Below, piece after piece: positions 48,442 through 58,829 of a DNA stretch of 64,000 nt (its first letter is position 1; each line of letters begins with the position of its first letter). Source of the DNA: Pseudomonadota bacterium. GTDB taxonomy: Bacteria > Pseudomonadota > Alphaproteobacteria > Kiloniellales > JAKSDN01. Where the stretch lies: positions 27,773 through 91,772 of the forward strand of contig JBCCGG010000018.1 in assembly GCA_039029395.1 (NCBI GenBank). The letters run 5' to 3'. The notes beneath the pieces are model-generated. The model saw nothing but the letters and a program-made list of their open reading frames with translations. It made no database searches and had not been told where the DNA came from. Position numbers and translations under genes: made by a program.

Positions 48442-49305
48442 TTAAGCGCTGACTTCCTCGGTCTCGCCCTTATCGCCGTCGGTTTCCGAAGACTCCTCTG
48501 GGGCAGCCTTCTTCTTGCGCGTGGCCTTGGTGGCCGTCTTCCGGGTGGTTCCGGTGCCCGCCGCGCGCTTGGTCTTGGGGCGCCCGCGCCGGGGCGCCGG
48601 CGCGGCCTCGGCCTTCTCTTCCTCAGGCGGATCGATCGGGATCGCCGGTGGCAGGGCCACGGGGGACTCGACCTCCGCCTCGGGCTCGGCCTTTACCGGT
48701 TCAGGCGGCGTCGCCTCCGCCTTGGGCTCGGCCTGGGCCGTCTCGGCGGCCGGGCGACGCTCGGCGTCTAGCGGCAATTCAGGGTCCCGATTGGATGGCC
48801 GGCCGCCCCGCGGTTCGCGCCGCCCCCGGCCCTCGGAGCCCCGCTGATCGCCGGACGGCCGGGCCGATTCGCCCGACTCCGACCGGCGCTCTGCCGGGTT
48901 GCGGTCGTGGCCATTGCCAGCGTTGCCGGCATTGCCCGAGCCCGACTCGGGCCAATCCACGTGCGGCTGCTCGTCGCCCCCGTAGGGCCGATTCGGCCGG
49001 CCGCGATTTTCGTCCGTATTCGCCCGCTGCGCGTCACTCGCCGGTGCCGCCCGTTGGGGATCGGTCGTGTCGTTCATGATACGGAAGTAGTGCTCGGCGA
49101 ACTGGAAATAGCTCTCCGCACCGACGCGATTTCCCGCTGCCGTTGCATCTCGAGCAAGGGCCAGATACTTCTCGTAGACCTGAGGCGCATTCCCACGGAT
49201 TCGCACATCCGGACCATGACTGTCGTAGATCTGCGCTCTCGGTGAAATGTGCTGCTTACGGTTCGGTCGGCCTCGCAGCCGCCGTGAGTTGTTTCCTTGT
49301 CTCAT
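48442..49305 (-). CDS. DUF4167 domain-containing protein
   Basis: 287 aa. The N-terminus is MRQGNNSRRLRGRPNRK...VYEKYLALARDA...AENYFQ-like, followed by a low-complexity basic tail. This family is typical of alphaproteobacteria and is usually found next to prmC/prfA. Confidence 0.75.
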   Translation of the reverse strand: MRQGNNSRRLRGRPNRKQHISPRAQIYDSHGPDVRIRGNAPQVYEKYLALARDATAAGNRVGAESYFQFAEHYFRIMNDTTDPQRAAPASDAQRANTDENRGRPNRPYGGDEQPHVDWPESGSGNAGNAGNGHDRNPAERRSESGESARPSGDQRGSEGRGRREPRGGRPSNRDPELPLDAERRPAAETAQAEPKAEATPPEPVKAEPEAEVESPVALPPAIPIDPPEEEKAEAAPAPRRGRPKTKRAAGTGTTRKTATKATRKKKAAPEESSETDGDKGETEEVSA

Positions 49306-49512
49306 AGCTCCGTTACTTCAAAACGGATGACATAAACTCGCATCCCTTAAGCCGTCGCCCTCAAGGCGAACCTGCGAGCAGTTTGGTCACGAACTCTGTC
49401 TGGAGGACCAATCGCATCCCTTTAGGACACTCGGGCCCCTTAGGCCCTGCCGATCAACCTAGTCGTGATCGCCCGCTATTCCAACACTTTTTTTCTCAAC
49501 CCCCGGAGCGCT

Positions 49513-50397
49513 TCACGAGCCCGTCTCCCGGGATTTTCGCGCCAACAGGCAGCGCTCGACTCCAGCCAGATCGCGCTCTCGTCCAATGATACAAAGGCCC
49601 GCCGCCGTCAAGAGGCTCGATACGGCATTTGCCTGGCCATGGCCGATCTCCAGGGCGAGCAGCCCCCCCGCCGCGAGCAGCCCGGCCGCCTGGGGAATCA
49701 TCCGGCGATAGGCCTTTAACCCATCCGCGCCGCCCGCCAGGGCTTGCCGTGGCTCGTAAAGCGCCACTTCCGGGGCCAGCTCGGTCAAATCACCGTCCCT
49801 TATATAGGGGGGATTACTAACGATCACTTGCCAACTGCCGGAAATTCCCTCAGTCCAATCGCCGAGCTTGAAGGCAGCGCGCGCCGCCAAACCCAGCGTC
49901 GCCGCGTTCCCGGACGCGGTTTCGACCGCACCAGGCGCGATGTCCAGGCCCAGGCCGCGCGCTTCGGGCAGCTCCCAGAGCAGCGCCAGCAGGAGGCAAC
50001 CGCTGCCGCTGCCCAGGTCGAGAATCTCCAGATCGCCGCCCTTTGGCCCGATTTCCCTGAGCACGGCCTCGACCAGGATCTCGCTTTCAGGTCGGGGGTC
50101 GAGGGTGTCGGGCGTGATTTCGAAGGGCAGGCTCCAGAACTCCCGGTAACCGAGGATGCGCGACACCGGCTCGCGCCGGCCGCGCCGCGCCACCAGGGCT
50201 GCGAACCGCCGCTGGGCAACAGGCGCCATGGGGCGCTCGGGATAGCCGATAATCTGGTCGAGCGTCACGTCGAGGGTGTGGCTCAGCAACAGGCGGGCGT
50301 CCCGCCGGGCCTCCTCGATTCCGGCTGCGCGCAGCTCGGCAGCGGCCCAGCGCACGGCGGACGCGATATCGGGTAACTCCATCAGCGTTAAAATCAC
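49513..50397 (-). CDS. prmC: peptide chain release factor N5-glutamine methyltransferase
   Basis: 294 aa. SAM motif LDLGSGSGC and catalytic VSNPPY. It overlaps the prfA stop. Confidence 0.92.
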   Translation of the reverse strand: MILTLMELPDIASAVRWAAAELRAAGIEEARRDARLLLSHTLDVTLDQIIGYPERPMAPVAQRRFAALVARRGRREPVSRILGYREFWSLPFEITPDTLDPRPESEILVEAVLREIGPKGGDLEILDLGSGSGCLLLALLWELPEARGLGLDIAPGAVETASGNAATLGLAARAAFKLGDWTEGISGSWQVIVSNPPYIRDGDLTELAPEVALYEPRQALAGGADGLKAYRRMIPQAAGLLAAGGLLALEIGHGQANAVSSLLTAAGLCIIGRERDLAGVERCLLARKSRETGS

Positions 50398-51470
50398 TGC
50401 AGGTCGGCCAGGCGGGCGGCCTGGTCCTCGGCAATCAGCGCCTCGATCACCTCGTCGAGTGCCTCGCCGTTCAAGACCTTATCGAGCTTGTAGAGGGTGA
50501 GATTGATCCGGTGATCGGTTACGCGGCCTTGGGGAAAGTTGTAGGTCCGCACACGTTCCGAGCGGTCGCCGCTGCCGACCTGGGTGCGCCGGTCGTCGGC
50601 CCGGGCTTGGGCCAGCTCTTGGCGCTGGTGGTCGTAGAGTCGGGCGCGCAGCACCTTGAGCGCCTTGGCCTTGTTCTTGTGCTGGGACTTTTCGTCCTGG
50701 CAGCTGACCACCACGCCAGACGGCAGATGGGTGATTCGCACCGCGCTGTCCGTGGTGTTGACATGCTGGCCACCGGCACCCTGGGAGCGGAAGGTGTCGA
50801 TGCGCAGGTCCTTGTCCTCGATCGCCACGTCGACCTCCTCGGCTTCGGGCAGGATCGCCACGGTCGCCGCCGAAGTGTGGATCCGGCCGCTCGATTCGGT
50901 GACCGGCACCCGCTGTACCCGGTGCACGCCGCTCTCGAACTTGAGCCGGGCGAAGACCCCCCGGCCCGAAATGCTGGCCGAGGCTTCCTTGGTGCCGCCG
51001 ATGCCAGTATCCGACAGGCTCAAAATCTCGAACTTCCAGCCGTGCAGTTCGGCATAGCGCTGGTACATGCGCAGCAGGTCCGAGCCAAAGAGCGCCGCCT
51101 CGTCGCCGCCGGTGCCGGCGCGCACCTCCAGGATCGCGTTGCGGTCGTCGGCCTCGTCCTTGGGCAGCAGCAGCACCTTCAAGCGGTGCTCGATGTCCGG
51201 CAGGCGATCGGTCAGCTCGGCCGCCTCCTGATCGGCCAAGGCGCGCATCTCGTCATCGGATTCGGAGTCTGCCAGCAGCGCCTCGGCGTCGGCGATCTCC
51301 GAGAGGATCTTGTCTCGCTCATCCAGCAGCTCGACCAGCGGCGTCAACTCGGCGAACTCCTTGAGCATGGCGGCATAGTCGTCCGAGCTTGGGTCGCTGT
51401 GCTCGGCGACGGTATGGCGCAGCTCGTCGTAGCGGGCGCTTACCTTGGCTAGACTCTCGTCCAAGCTCAC
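50394..51470 (-). CDS. prfA: peptide chain release factor 1
   Basis: 358 aa. GGQ motif ([24 protein letters not shown]) and a PxT-type (PVT) motif region. Confidence 0.97.
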   Translation of the reverse strand: MSLDESLAKVSARYDELRHTVAEHSDPSSDDYAAMLKEFAELTPLVELLDERDKILSEIADAEALLADSESDDEMRALADQEAAELTDRLPDIEHRLKVLLLPKDEADDRNAILEVRAGTGGDEAALFGSDLLRMYQRYAELHGWKFEILSLSDTGIGGTKEASASISGRGVFARLKFESGVHRVQRVPVTESSGRIHTSAATVAILPEAEEVDVAIEDKDLRIDTFRSQGAGGQHVNTTDSAVRITHLPSGVVVSCQDEKSQHKNKAKALKVLRARLYDHQRQELAQARADDRRTQVGSGDRSERVRTYNFPQGRVTDHRINLTLYKLDKVLNGEALDEVIEALIAEDQAARLADLQ

Positions 51471-52762
51471 GTCTCGTCGTCCTTCTTGTCCTTGTCCGGC
51501 TCGTCGATCGGAAAGAGCTTGGCCAGGGCCTCGGTCATCTGCTCGGCCTCGGGCCGGTTCTCGGCGGCCATGCCGCGCAGGGTCTTGCTCGGCCCGTGCA
51601 GCAGCCGCTTTATCAAGAGGCGCGTCGCGCTCTCCGCGTCCAGCTTACCTTGGGCCAGCACCTGGTCGCGCACCCACTCGAAATGGCCGCGCAAGTGGGC
51701 GACCGCCGGTACCGCCGCGCGCTCGGCCGCCTGGCGGTGAAGCGCCGCGATCTCCTGATCGACCAGGCGCCAGGCCGCCCGCTCGCTCTCGGCGCGACCG
51801 CTGCGGCCTTCGCGCGCGACAGCCTCCAGATCGTCCAGATCGTAAACGAAGGCGCCGTCGAGCTCTTGCACCGCCGGCTCAATGTCGCTCGGTACCGCCG
51901 TGTCGATGAAGAATATCGGCCGCCGTCGGCGCCGGCGCAAGACCTCCTCGACTTGCTCCGCGCTCAGGCTATAGCGCCCCAGCCCGACCGCCGAGACCAC
52001 GATATCGGCCTCGCCAAGCGCTTCCAAAAGCTCCTCCCAAGGCCGAAAGTGGCCCTCGATGCGCCGGGCGACCGCCTCGCTGCGCGCGGCCGAGCCGTGC
52101 ACCACGGTGATGCCGGCGACCCCAGCCTCGCCCAAATCTGCGGCCATCAACTCGGACAGCTCACCCAATCCGATCAACAAGCCGCGGCAGCCGGCCAGGT
52201 CGCCATGAAGCTGGCGGGCGACCTGGAGCGCGCAGGCGACCAGGGTCACCGGGCCCTGGGCCAGGGGCGTCTCGCTGCGCACCCGCTTGGCGGCGCCATA
52301 GGCCACCTGCAGGGCGGTCTCCAAGGCCGGTCCGGTCAATCCCGCCGCCCGGGCCTGGCGGTGGCTCTCCTTGACCTGGCCGAGCACCTGGGGGTCGCCG
52401 ACCAGCTGGCTGTCGAGCGCAGCGGCCACGGCGAAGAGGTGGCGCAGCGCGGCCGGGCCCCGATGTTCCACCAACTGGTCGTCGATCAACTCGGGCGCCG
52501 CCTCGACCCATTGGGAGAAAAGGGCCCGCAACTCTGCCCCAGTCGCCGCGGCGTCATCAGTGAGCGTGACGATCTCGAAGCGGTCGCAGGTCGCCAAGAG
52601 CAGGGCTTCGCCGATGCCGGCACGGCGCAGATCCTCGAGATAGGGCGCCGGCTCAATCGGCTCGGCCATCAGCCGGTCGCGCAGGGCCTGGGTCGCGGTA
52701 CGGTGGCTGGCCCCGATGATCAGGAGCCGTTCCGTAAAATGGGAAGGCGTGGGCTCGGCCAT
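51467..52762 (-). CDS. hemA: glutamyl-tRNA reductase
   Basis: 431 aa. IIGASHRTA, catalytic-Cys segment LATCDRFEI, and [24 protein letters not shown]. It overlaps the prfA start by 4 nt. Confidence 0.85.
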   Translation of the reverse strand: MAEPTPSHFTERLLIIGASHRTATQALRDRLMAEPIEPAPYLEDLRRAGIGEALLLATCDRFEIVTLTDDAAATGAELRALFSQWVEAAPELIDDQLVEHRGPAALRHLFAVAAALDSQLVGDPQVLGQVKESHRQARAAGLTGPALETALQVAYGAAKRVRSETPLAQGPVTLVACALQVARQLHGDLAGCRGLLIGLGELSELMAADLGEAGVAGITVVHGSAARSEAVARRIEGHFRPWEELLEALGEADIVVSAVGLGRYSLSAEQVEEVLRRRRRRPIFFIDTAVPSDIEPAVQELDGAFVYDLDDLEAVAREGRSGRAESERAAWRLVDQEIAALHRQAAERAAVPAVAHLRGHFEWVRDQVLAQGKLDAESATRLLIKRLLHGPSKTLRGMAAENRPEAEQMTEALAKLFPIDEPDKDKKDDET

Positions 52763-52771
52763 GGCCGCCGA

Positions 52772-54019
52772 TCACGTGACGGCGGCTAAACGCTCGGCGA
52801 GCCCGTCCAGCGGGACCTCTTCCTGGTGTCCCGAATCCAGATCGCGCAGGGTCGCCGCGCGGCGCGCCAGCTCATCCTCGCCGAGCAGGAGAGCCAGGCG
52901 CGCGTTGATCCTGTTGGCTCGCTTCATGCGCTTCTTGAGGCCACCGCCGTAGCCCAACTCGACCGTCCAGCCGGCCTTGCGCAGCTCTTGGGTTAGCGTG
53001 AGGGCCGCGCGCTCCTGGGCGTCGCCGACCGGCACAACCAGGATCGGGCGCGCCGGCGCGGACGCGTCCTCGAGCAAGAGCGCCAGGCGCTCGATACCGG
53101 CCGCCCAGCCGACGCCCGCCATGGCCGGCCCGCCCATGGTCTCCATCAGATAGTCGTAACGCCCGCCGCCCATGACCGTGTCCTGGGCGCCCAGGTCGTC
53201 GGTCTTGAACTCGAAGGCGGTGTGGCAATAGTAGTCGAGGCCGCGCACCAGGCGGGGGCTGTACTCATAGGCGATGCCCAAGGCCTCGAGGCCATCCTTG
53301 ACCTGGCCGAAGAAGTCCTGGCTCGCCTGGTTCAGATAGTCCGTGAACTTCGGCGCGTCCGCCACCACCTCCCGGTCGCCCTCGTTCTTGGAATCGAGGA
53401 TCCTCAAAGGGTTGCGATCGAGCCGCTCCTGGCTGTCGCGCGACAGGCGCTCCTTGTGGCCGGTGAAGTAGTCGACCAGGGCGGCCCGATAGGCCTGGCG
53501 GCTTTCCGTATCGCCCAGGGTGTTGAGCTCGAGCCGGGTGCGCGCGAGCACCCCCAGCTCCTCCAGGATGTGCGCGCCGACCGCGATGATCTCCACATCG
53601 CCCAGGGGCTCCGGCACGCCGAACAGTTCGACGCCGATCTGGTGAAACTGGCGCTGGCGTCCCTTCTGGGGCCGCTCGTGGCGGAACATCGGGCCGTCGT
53701 AGAAGAACTTGAGCGGCAACTGCTGGGTTAGGCCGTTGGACATCACCGCCCGGGCCACGCTGGCGGTGTTCTCTGGCCGCAGCGTGATCTCGGCGCCGTC
53801 GTCGCGCAGGGCGAAGGAGTACATCTCCTTCATCACAACGTCCGAGGTTTCGCCCAAGGTGCGCCGGAACACTTCGCTGAACTCGAAGATCGGAGTCGCC
53901 ATCAGCTGATAGCCGTAACGCGCGGCCACGTCCCGGGCGCGCTCGCCGACCGCGCGGTGATGGCGCATGTCCTCGGGCAGAAGATCGTGGGTGCCGCGAA
54001 CCGGCTGCAGGCCACTCAA
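52772..54019 (-). CDS. hisS: histidine--tRNA ligase
   Basis: 415 aa. VRGTHDLLP, FRHERPQKGRQRQFHQ (motif 2), and GGGRYD (motif 3). Confidence 0.96.
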   Translation of the reverse strand: MSGLQPVRGTHDLLPEDMRHHRAVGERARDVAARYGYQLMATPIFEFSEVFRRTLGETSDVVMKEMYSFALRDDGAEITLRPENTASVARAVMSNGLTQQLPLKFFYDGPMFRHERPQKGRQRQFHQIGVELFGVPEPLGDVEIIAVGAHILEELGVLARTRLELNTLGDTESRQAYRAALVDYFTGHKERLSRDSQERLDRNPLRILDSKNEGDREVVADAPKFTDYLNQASQDFFGQVKDGLEALGIAYEYSPRLVRGLDYYCHTAFEFKTDDLGAQDTVMGGGRYDYLMETMGGPAMAGVGWAAGIERLALLLEDASAPARPILVVPVGDAQERAALTLTQELRKAGWTVELGYGGGLKKRMKRANRINARLALLLGEDELARRAATLRDLDSGHQEEVPLDGLAERLAAVT

Positions 54020-54196
54020 GAGACGTTCTCCGAAAACTGGCTAAGAGGCGTGCGCCGAGGCGCCGAGGCGGCTGTGCCGGCTGAACTTACGATCGGGCGC
54101 TCTGCTCATGGGTCGGGCTCTCGTCTCGGGCCGCGTGGAATCGGCCACAAGATGCGCCTTGAGCGGGCCAAACTCAAGCCCGCTGGGGCACCAAGC

Positions 54197-55417
54197 CTAA
54201 TTGGTCGACGGCTGGCTGCCGAGCAGCAGGGCCGGCTCTAGCGCGACGTCCCGGCGCACCGCGCCGACCGGGCCCATGGTACCCAGCGAGGTGCCATCGA
54301 CCAGGATCTCCAGGCCGCCGGCATTTCCGGTCACCATGGTGATGCCGGGCTCGTTGGGCACCCGGTAGCTCTCGCCGGCCCGTAGCACGCGCGCCATGAG
54401 CAGGCCGTTGCGGCCATCGCGCACCTGGACCCAGCTGTCCTGAGAGGCCTTGAGGGTGACCCTGGAATCGTTGTGCTCCGATCCGTAGACCTGTTGGCCG
54501 GCGGCCGCGCTCGCGCTGGCCTCGGGCGCGGCGGGAATCTCCGGCGCGGTCGGCGCCGCCGGAATCGCCTCGTCGAGCGCGGCACTTTGTTCGGCGACTT
54601 GTTCGGCGGTTGGCGCCGGGCTCGGTGGACTGGCCATGAACTCGGTCTGCTCCAGAGGCTCGGGCACCAAGGGCTCGACCGGTGCCAGCAGCGCTTCGGC
54701 CGGCTGCGGCACTGGGGCGGCCGCACTCTCGGATTCGAGATCGGCCGACGGCGCCTCCACGGCTATCGGGGCATCGGCGCCTGGGGTATCTGCGACCGGG
54801 GCATTGGCGACTTGGGCTTGGCTCTCCAAAGGCTCCGGCGCTGGTTCGACGGACGGTGTGATCTCCACGGCAACCGGCGCGTTGGCATCCTGATCGTCGC
54901 CGCCGACCAGATCCATGAGCCGATCCGGCACCTCGGGGATCAGGTCGGCGACCTCTCCGTTCCGGCTCGAGACATAGGACCAGCCGCCATAGGCCAGGCC
55001 GAGGAAGACCAGGGAGATCAGGATCAGGGCGCCGCTCGGCAAGCGGCTCTCGGGCACCGGAGTCGGGAAGTTGAGCTCGGTCTGGCGTTCCAGGCCGCGC
55101 TCCTCGTCCTTGAAACGGCGCACCATCTCGTCGCCGTCCAGGCCCAGATACTCGCTGTAGGCGCGCACGAACCCGACCGCGTAGGTGGTGCCCGGCAGGT
55201 CGCCGTACTCGCCCGCTTCGATCGCCTGAAGGTACACTTTTCTTATGTTGAGGACGTGGGCGACGTCGCTCAGCTCGAGCTGAAAGTCTTCGCGGCAATT
55301 GCGCAGGGTGTCGGCGACGGTCTCGTAGATCGGCACGGTCGGCTGGGCCGGCGCCACCCGCGGCTCCGCCTGAGGATCCTTGGCACCGCGATTACGGAGC
55401 TTGTTCTTAAAGGCCAT
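54197..55417 (-). CDS. RodZ-like cytoskeleton protein (HTH + TM + DUF4115)
   Basis: The ATG at 55417 gives 406 aa. The XRE-type HTH is LSDVAHVLNIRKVYLQAIEAG. It has one TM helix, a Pro/Ala-rich linker and a C-terminal DUF4115-like beta domain. Confidence 0.75.
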   Translation of the reverse strand: MAFKNKLRNRGAKDPQAEPRVAPAQPTVPIYETVADTLRNCREDFQLELSDVAHVLNIRKVYLQAIEAGEYGDLPGTTYAVGFVRAYSEYLGLDGDEMVRRFKDEERGLERQTELNFPTPVPESRLPSGALILISLVFLGLAYGGWSYVSSRNGEVADLIPEVPDRLMDLVGGDDQDANAPVAVEITPSVEPAPEPLESQAQVANAPVADTPGADAPIAVEAPSADLESESAAAPVPQPAEALLAPVEPLVPEPLEQTEFMASPPSPAPTAEQVAEQSAALDEAIPAAPTAPEIPAAPEASASAAAGQQVYGSEHNDSRVTLKASQDSWVQVRDGRNGLLMARVLRAGESYRVPNEPGITMVTGNAGGLEILVDGTSLGTMGPVGAVRRDVALEPALLLGSQPSTN

Positions 55418-55628
55418 GGTAGGGCTCAGTCCATCAGACCGTCGAACGGCGTCGCCTTCGACGTCACCGCGTGACACGCGCGGCCCGGCGCTGCCCGTCG
55501 GCGCCCTGCCGGGATGCACCCCACCCCAGGTCCCAGATTGGCTGCTAAGCGCCGCGAAGCTAGCCGATAAGGACTAACAAAGTGATCCCGCGAGGTCGAG
55601 TCGGTCAATCGCCGGGCCGTTCGCACCA

Positions 55629-56846
55629 TCAAATGGCATCCAGCCCGTAAGCGGCATGCAGGCTGCGCAGAGCCAGCTCGGTGTATTCCTCGGCGATCAG
55701 CACGCTGACCTTGATCTCGGAGGTCGAGATCACCTGGATGTTGATGCCTTTTTCGGCCAGGGCCGTGAACATCTGCTGGGCGACGCCGGCGTGGGAGCGC
55801 ATACCTACCCCGATCACGGAGACCTTGACCACGTTGTCGTCGGCCAGAAGGTTCTCGTAGCCGATGCCGGTCAGGCTCTCCTCGAGCACGGCGACGGCGC
55901 GCGCCAGATCGGCTTTGCCGACCGTGAAGGTCAAGTCCGTATGCTCGCCCTCGGCCGAGACGTTCTGCACGATCATGTCGACGTTGATCGCCGCCTCGGC
56001 GAGCGGCCCGAAGATTCGCGCCGCGACGCCCGGCTGATCGGGCACCTGGACCAAGGTGATCTTGGCCTCGTCGCGGCTGTAGGTGATCCCACTGACGATA
56101 GCTTTTTCCACGATCTCGTCCTCGTCTACCACTAGGGTGCCTGGCACCTCTTCGAAGCTGGAGAGCACCTGGACCGGCACCCGGTGCTTCATGGCGATCT
56201 CGACCGAGCGGGTCTGCAGCACCTTGGCGCCCTGGGACGCCATCTCGAGCATCTCCTCGTAGGTGATGCGGTCCAGCTTGCGGGCCCGGCCGACGATCCT
56301 GGGGTCGGTGGTATAGACCCCGTCCACGTCGGTATAGATGTCGCAGCGCGCCTCCAAGGCGGCGGCCAGGGCGACCGCCGAGGTGTCGGAACCGCCGCGG
56401 CCGAGCGTGGTGATCCGGCCCTGGCTGTCGACCCCCTGAAATCCGCCGACCACCGCCACCTGGCCCTCATCGAAACGGCGAATGATCTCGCTGCCGTCGA
56501 TGTCCTCGATGCGGGCATTGCCGTGGGCGTCGTTGGTTTGGATCGGGATCTGCCAACCCATCCAGGAGCGCGCCGGCACGTCCAGGCCCTGCAGCGCCAA
56601 GGCCAGCAGCCCGGCGGTCACCTGCTCGCCAGAGGAGACCACGACGTCGTACTCGCGCAAGTCGTAAAGGGTCGCGGAGTCCCGCACCTGGCCGACCAGC
56701 CGGTCGGTCACGCCGGCCATGGCCGAGACCACCACGGCGACTTCGTTGCCGCGCTCGACCTCTTTCTTGACCCGCCGGGCGACGTTGGCGATGCGCTCCA
56801 AGTCGGCGACCGACGTTCCGCCGAACTTCATGACAATTCGGGCCAT
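55629..56846 (-). CDS. lysC: aspartate kinase
   Basis: 405 aa. MARIVMKFGGTSV, GRGGSDTSAVALAA, and two C-terminal ACT domains. Confidence 0.96.
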   Translation of the reverse strand: MARIVMKFGGTSVADLERIANVARRVKKEVERGNEVAVVVSAMAGVTDRLVGQVRDSATLYDLREYDVVVSSGEQVTAGLLALALQGLDVPARSWMGWQIPIQTNDAHGNARIEDIDGSEIIRRFDEGQVAVVGGFQGVDSQGRITTLGRGGSDTSAVALAAALEARCDIYTDVDGVYTTDPRIVGRARKLDRITYEEMLEMASQGAKVLQTRSVEIAMKHRVPVQVLSSFEEVPGTLVVDEDEIVEKAIVSGITYSRDEAKITLVQVPDQPGVAARIFGPLAEAAINVDMIVQNVSAEGEHTDLTFTVGKADLARAVAVLEESLTGIGYENLLADDNVVKVSVIGVGMRSHAGVAQQMFTALAEKGINIQVISTSEIKVSVLIAEEYTELALRSLHAAYGLDAI

Positions 56847-56990
56847 GGCACTCTCAGCTCAAGGAATTCCGGCTCTCGAGGTGGGTCTGGTGACGCCGCG
56901 ACGCCCGACAAAGATCCATTGCCTGGCGCGCGGCGGCTATCCATACTCTCAAGCAGCGGCCCGCTCAAGGGTTTCACCGGAAAGCAGGAC

Positions 56991-57731
56991 ATGACCAAAG
57001 CCGCCAGCATCGACCCCCAGGAGGTCGCCAAGTTTGCCGCTCTGGCCGACGACTGGTGGAACCCGGAAGGTCAGTTCCGGCCCCTGCACCGGCTCAACCC
57101 GACGCGCCTGGCCTTTATCCGGGACCGGGCCGCCGGCCACTTCGAGCGCGAGGCCGAGGAACCTGGCCCCCTGAAAGGTCTCAGCCTGCTCGATATCGGC
57201 TGCGGCGGCGGGCTGCTGTGCGAGCCGCTTGCGCGCCTGGGCGCCGATGTCACCGGGATCGACGTCACCGAGGAAAACATCGCCGCCGCCCGGAGCCACG
57301 CCGAGGCGGCCGAGGTCCCCGTCGTCTATGAAGCCATTCCGGCGGAGGACCTGGCCCAGAGTGGCGCTCAGTTCAACATCGTGGTTTCCATGGAGGTGGT
57401 CGAGCACGTGGCGGATTTGGGCGGATTCCTCAACGCCAGCGCCCAGCTGGTCAAGCCCGGCGGGATCTTCCTGACCGCGACCTTGAACCGCACGCCCAAG
57501 TCTTTCCTGATGGCGATCGTCGGCGCCGAGTACGTGCTGCGCTGGCTGCCGCGAGGCACACACGACTGGCGTCGCTTCGTGCGCCCCTCCGAACTTGTGC
57601 GCCACCTGCGCGCCGGCGGACTGACCGCCAAAGAGGTGACCGGCGTGGTCTACAACCCGCTAGCCGACAGCTGGCGCCTTTCGGCCGACAGCGACGTCAA
57701 CTACATGGTCTCGGCGATCAAGGACGGATGA
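56991..57731 (+). CDS. ubiG: bifunctional 3-demethylubiquinol 3-O-methyltransferase / 2-polyprenyl-6-hydroxyphenol methylase
   Basis: The ATG at 56991 gives 246 aa. EVAKFAALADDWWNPEG.FRPLH and the SAM motif LLDIGCGGGLL. Confidence 0.92.
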   Translation: MTKAASIDPQEVAKFAALADDWWNPEGQFRPLHRLNPTRLAFIRDRAAGHFEREAEEPGPLKGLSLLDIGCGGGLLCEPLARLGADVTGIDVTEENIAAARSHAEAAEVPVVYEAIPAEDLAQSGAQFNIVVSMEVVEHVADLGGFLNASAQLVKPGGIFLTATLNRTPKSFLMAIVGAEYVLRWLPRGTHDWRRFVRPSELVRHLRAGGLTAKEVTGVVYNPLADSWRLSADSDVNYMVSAIKDG

Positions 57732-58154
57732 TTAGGAGTTCTCGTTCGGCAGCCAAGGGATGCGCTGGACCTTGACCCCTTCATCGTCGAGCGACTTGGC
57801 CTCCTCGGCGGTCGACTCGCCGTAGATGCCCCGGGCGTCGGCCTCGCCGTAGTGGATCTTGCGGGCCTCTTCGGGGAAGCGCTCGCCGACGTAGTCGCAG
57901 TTCGCCTCGACCTGGCGGCGCAGCTCGCGCAGGGCCTGACGGGTCTCTTGGGCGCTGGGGTTTTCCTGCGGTGCCGTGGCACGGCCCTTGGCGCGGCCTA
58001 GATTTGGCGCCATCAAGGCCTTTTCGACCTTTTTGCTGCCGCACGAGGGGCAGCGCACGTCGCCGGCCGCCTGCTGCTCGTCAAAGGCGGCGCTGTCCCG
58101 GAACCAGGCTTCGAACTGGTGGCCTTTGTGGCATTTCAGGTCATAGACGATCAT
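57732..58154 (-). CDS. DUF1178 family protein
   Basis: The ATG at 58154 gives 140 aa. MIVYDLKCHKGHQFEAWFRDSAAFDEQ...CPSCGS is typical of this family. Confidence 0.75.
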   Translation of the reverse strand: MIVYDLKCHKGHQFEAWFRDSAAFDEQQAAGDVRCPSCGSKKVEKALMAPNLGRAKGRATAPQENPSAQETRQALRELRRQVEANCDYVGERFPEEARKIHYGEADARGIYGESTAEEAKSLDDEGVKVQRIPWLPNENS

Positions 58155-58253
58155 CGGCGCTCTGGTGCCTCGGTTGGCGTGACCCTTAAAGATGGCGATT
58201 TCCGACGCTTTGCGCAAGCCTTTGAAATCAAGCTCTAATCCCGCGCGACTTTC

Positions 58254-58829
58254 GTGCCGGGCCGGAAATCTGCTATGGCATTGCGGGTCATGAGGGGGAA
58301 TCGCCATCACGAGCAGCGGGTGCCGTCACCTTGGATCGTGCGCTTCGCGCCCGAGGTGCCGCGCGGCGCCCGGGTGCTCGACCTGGCCTGCGGCGGCGGA
58401 CGTCACAGTCATTTGTTCCTGAAACGGGACTGCCGGGTGCTGGCGGTCGACCGGGACATCTCTGGCATGGGCTACCTCGCCCACTGGCCGACCCTGCAGA
58501 CCCTGCAAATGGATCTGGAGACCGGCGAGCCCTTCCCGCCGAGGGGCGCCCGCTTCGACGCGGTGGTCGTGGTCAACTACCTGTACCGGCCCTTGCTGTC
58601 CAATCTGGTGGCCGCCGTCGCGCCCGGCGGCGCATTGATTTACGAAACCTTCGCCCAGGGCAACGAAGCCTTCGGCAAACCCAGCAACCCAGACTACCTG
58701 CTCAGGCCCGGCGAGCTGCTCGACGCGGTGTGGGGTGCGCTCAAGATCGTCGCCTACGAGGACCTGGTGGTGGAAAAGCCGGCGCGGGCCGCCGTGCAGC
58801 GCATCTACGCCCGGCGGGAGAGCTCATAG
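58254..58829 (+). CDS. class I SAM-dependent methyltransferase
   Basis: 191 aa. The start is uncertain (GTG 58254, or ATG 58275 or 58290). SAM motif VLDLACGGGRHS. Confidence 0.75.
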   Translation: MPGRKSAMALRVMRGNRHHEQRVPSPWIVRFAPEVPRGARVLDLACGGGRHSHLFLKRDCRVLAVDRDISGMGYLAHWPTLQTLQMDLETGEPFPPRGARFDAVVVVNYLYRPLLSNLVAAVAPGGALIYETFAQGNEAFGKPSNPDYLLRPGELLDAVWGALKIVAYEDLVVEKPARAAVQRIYARRESS

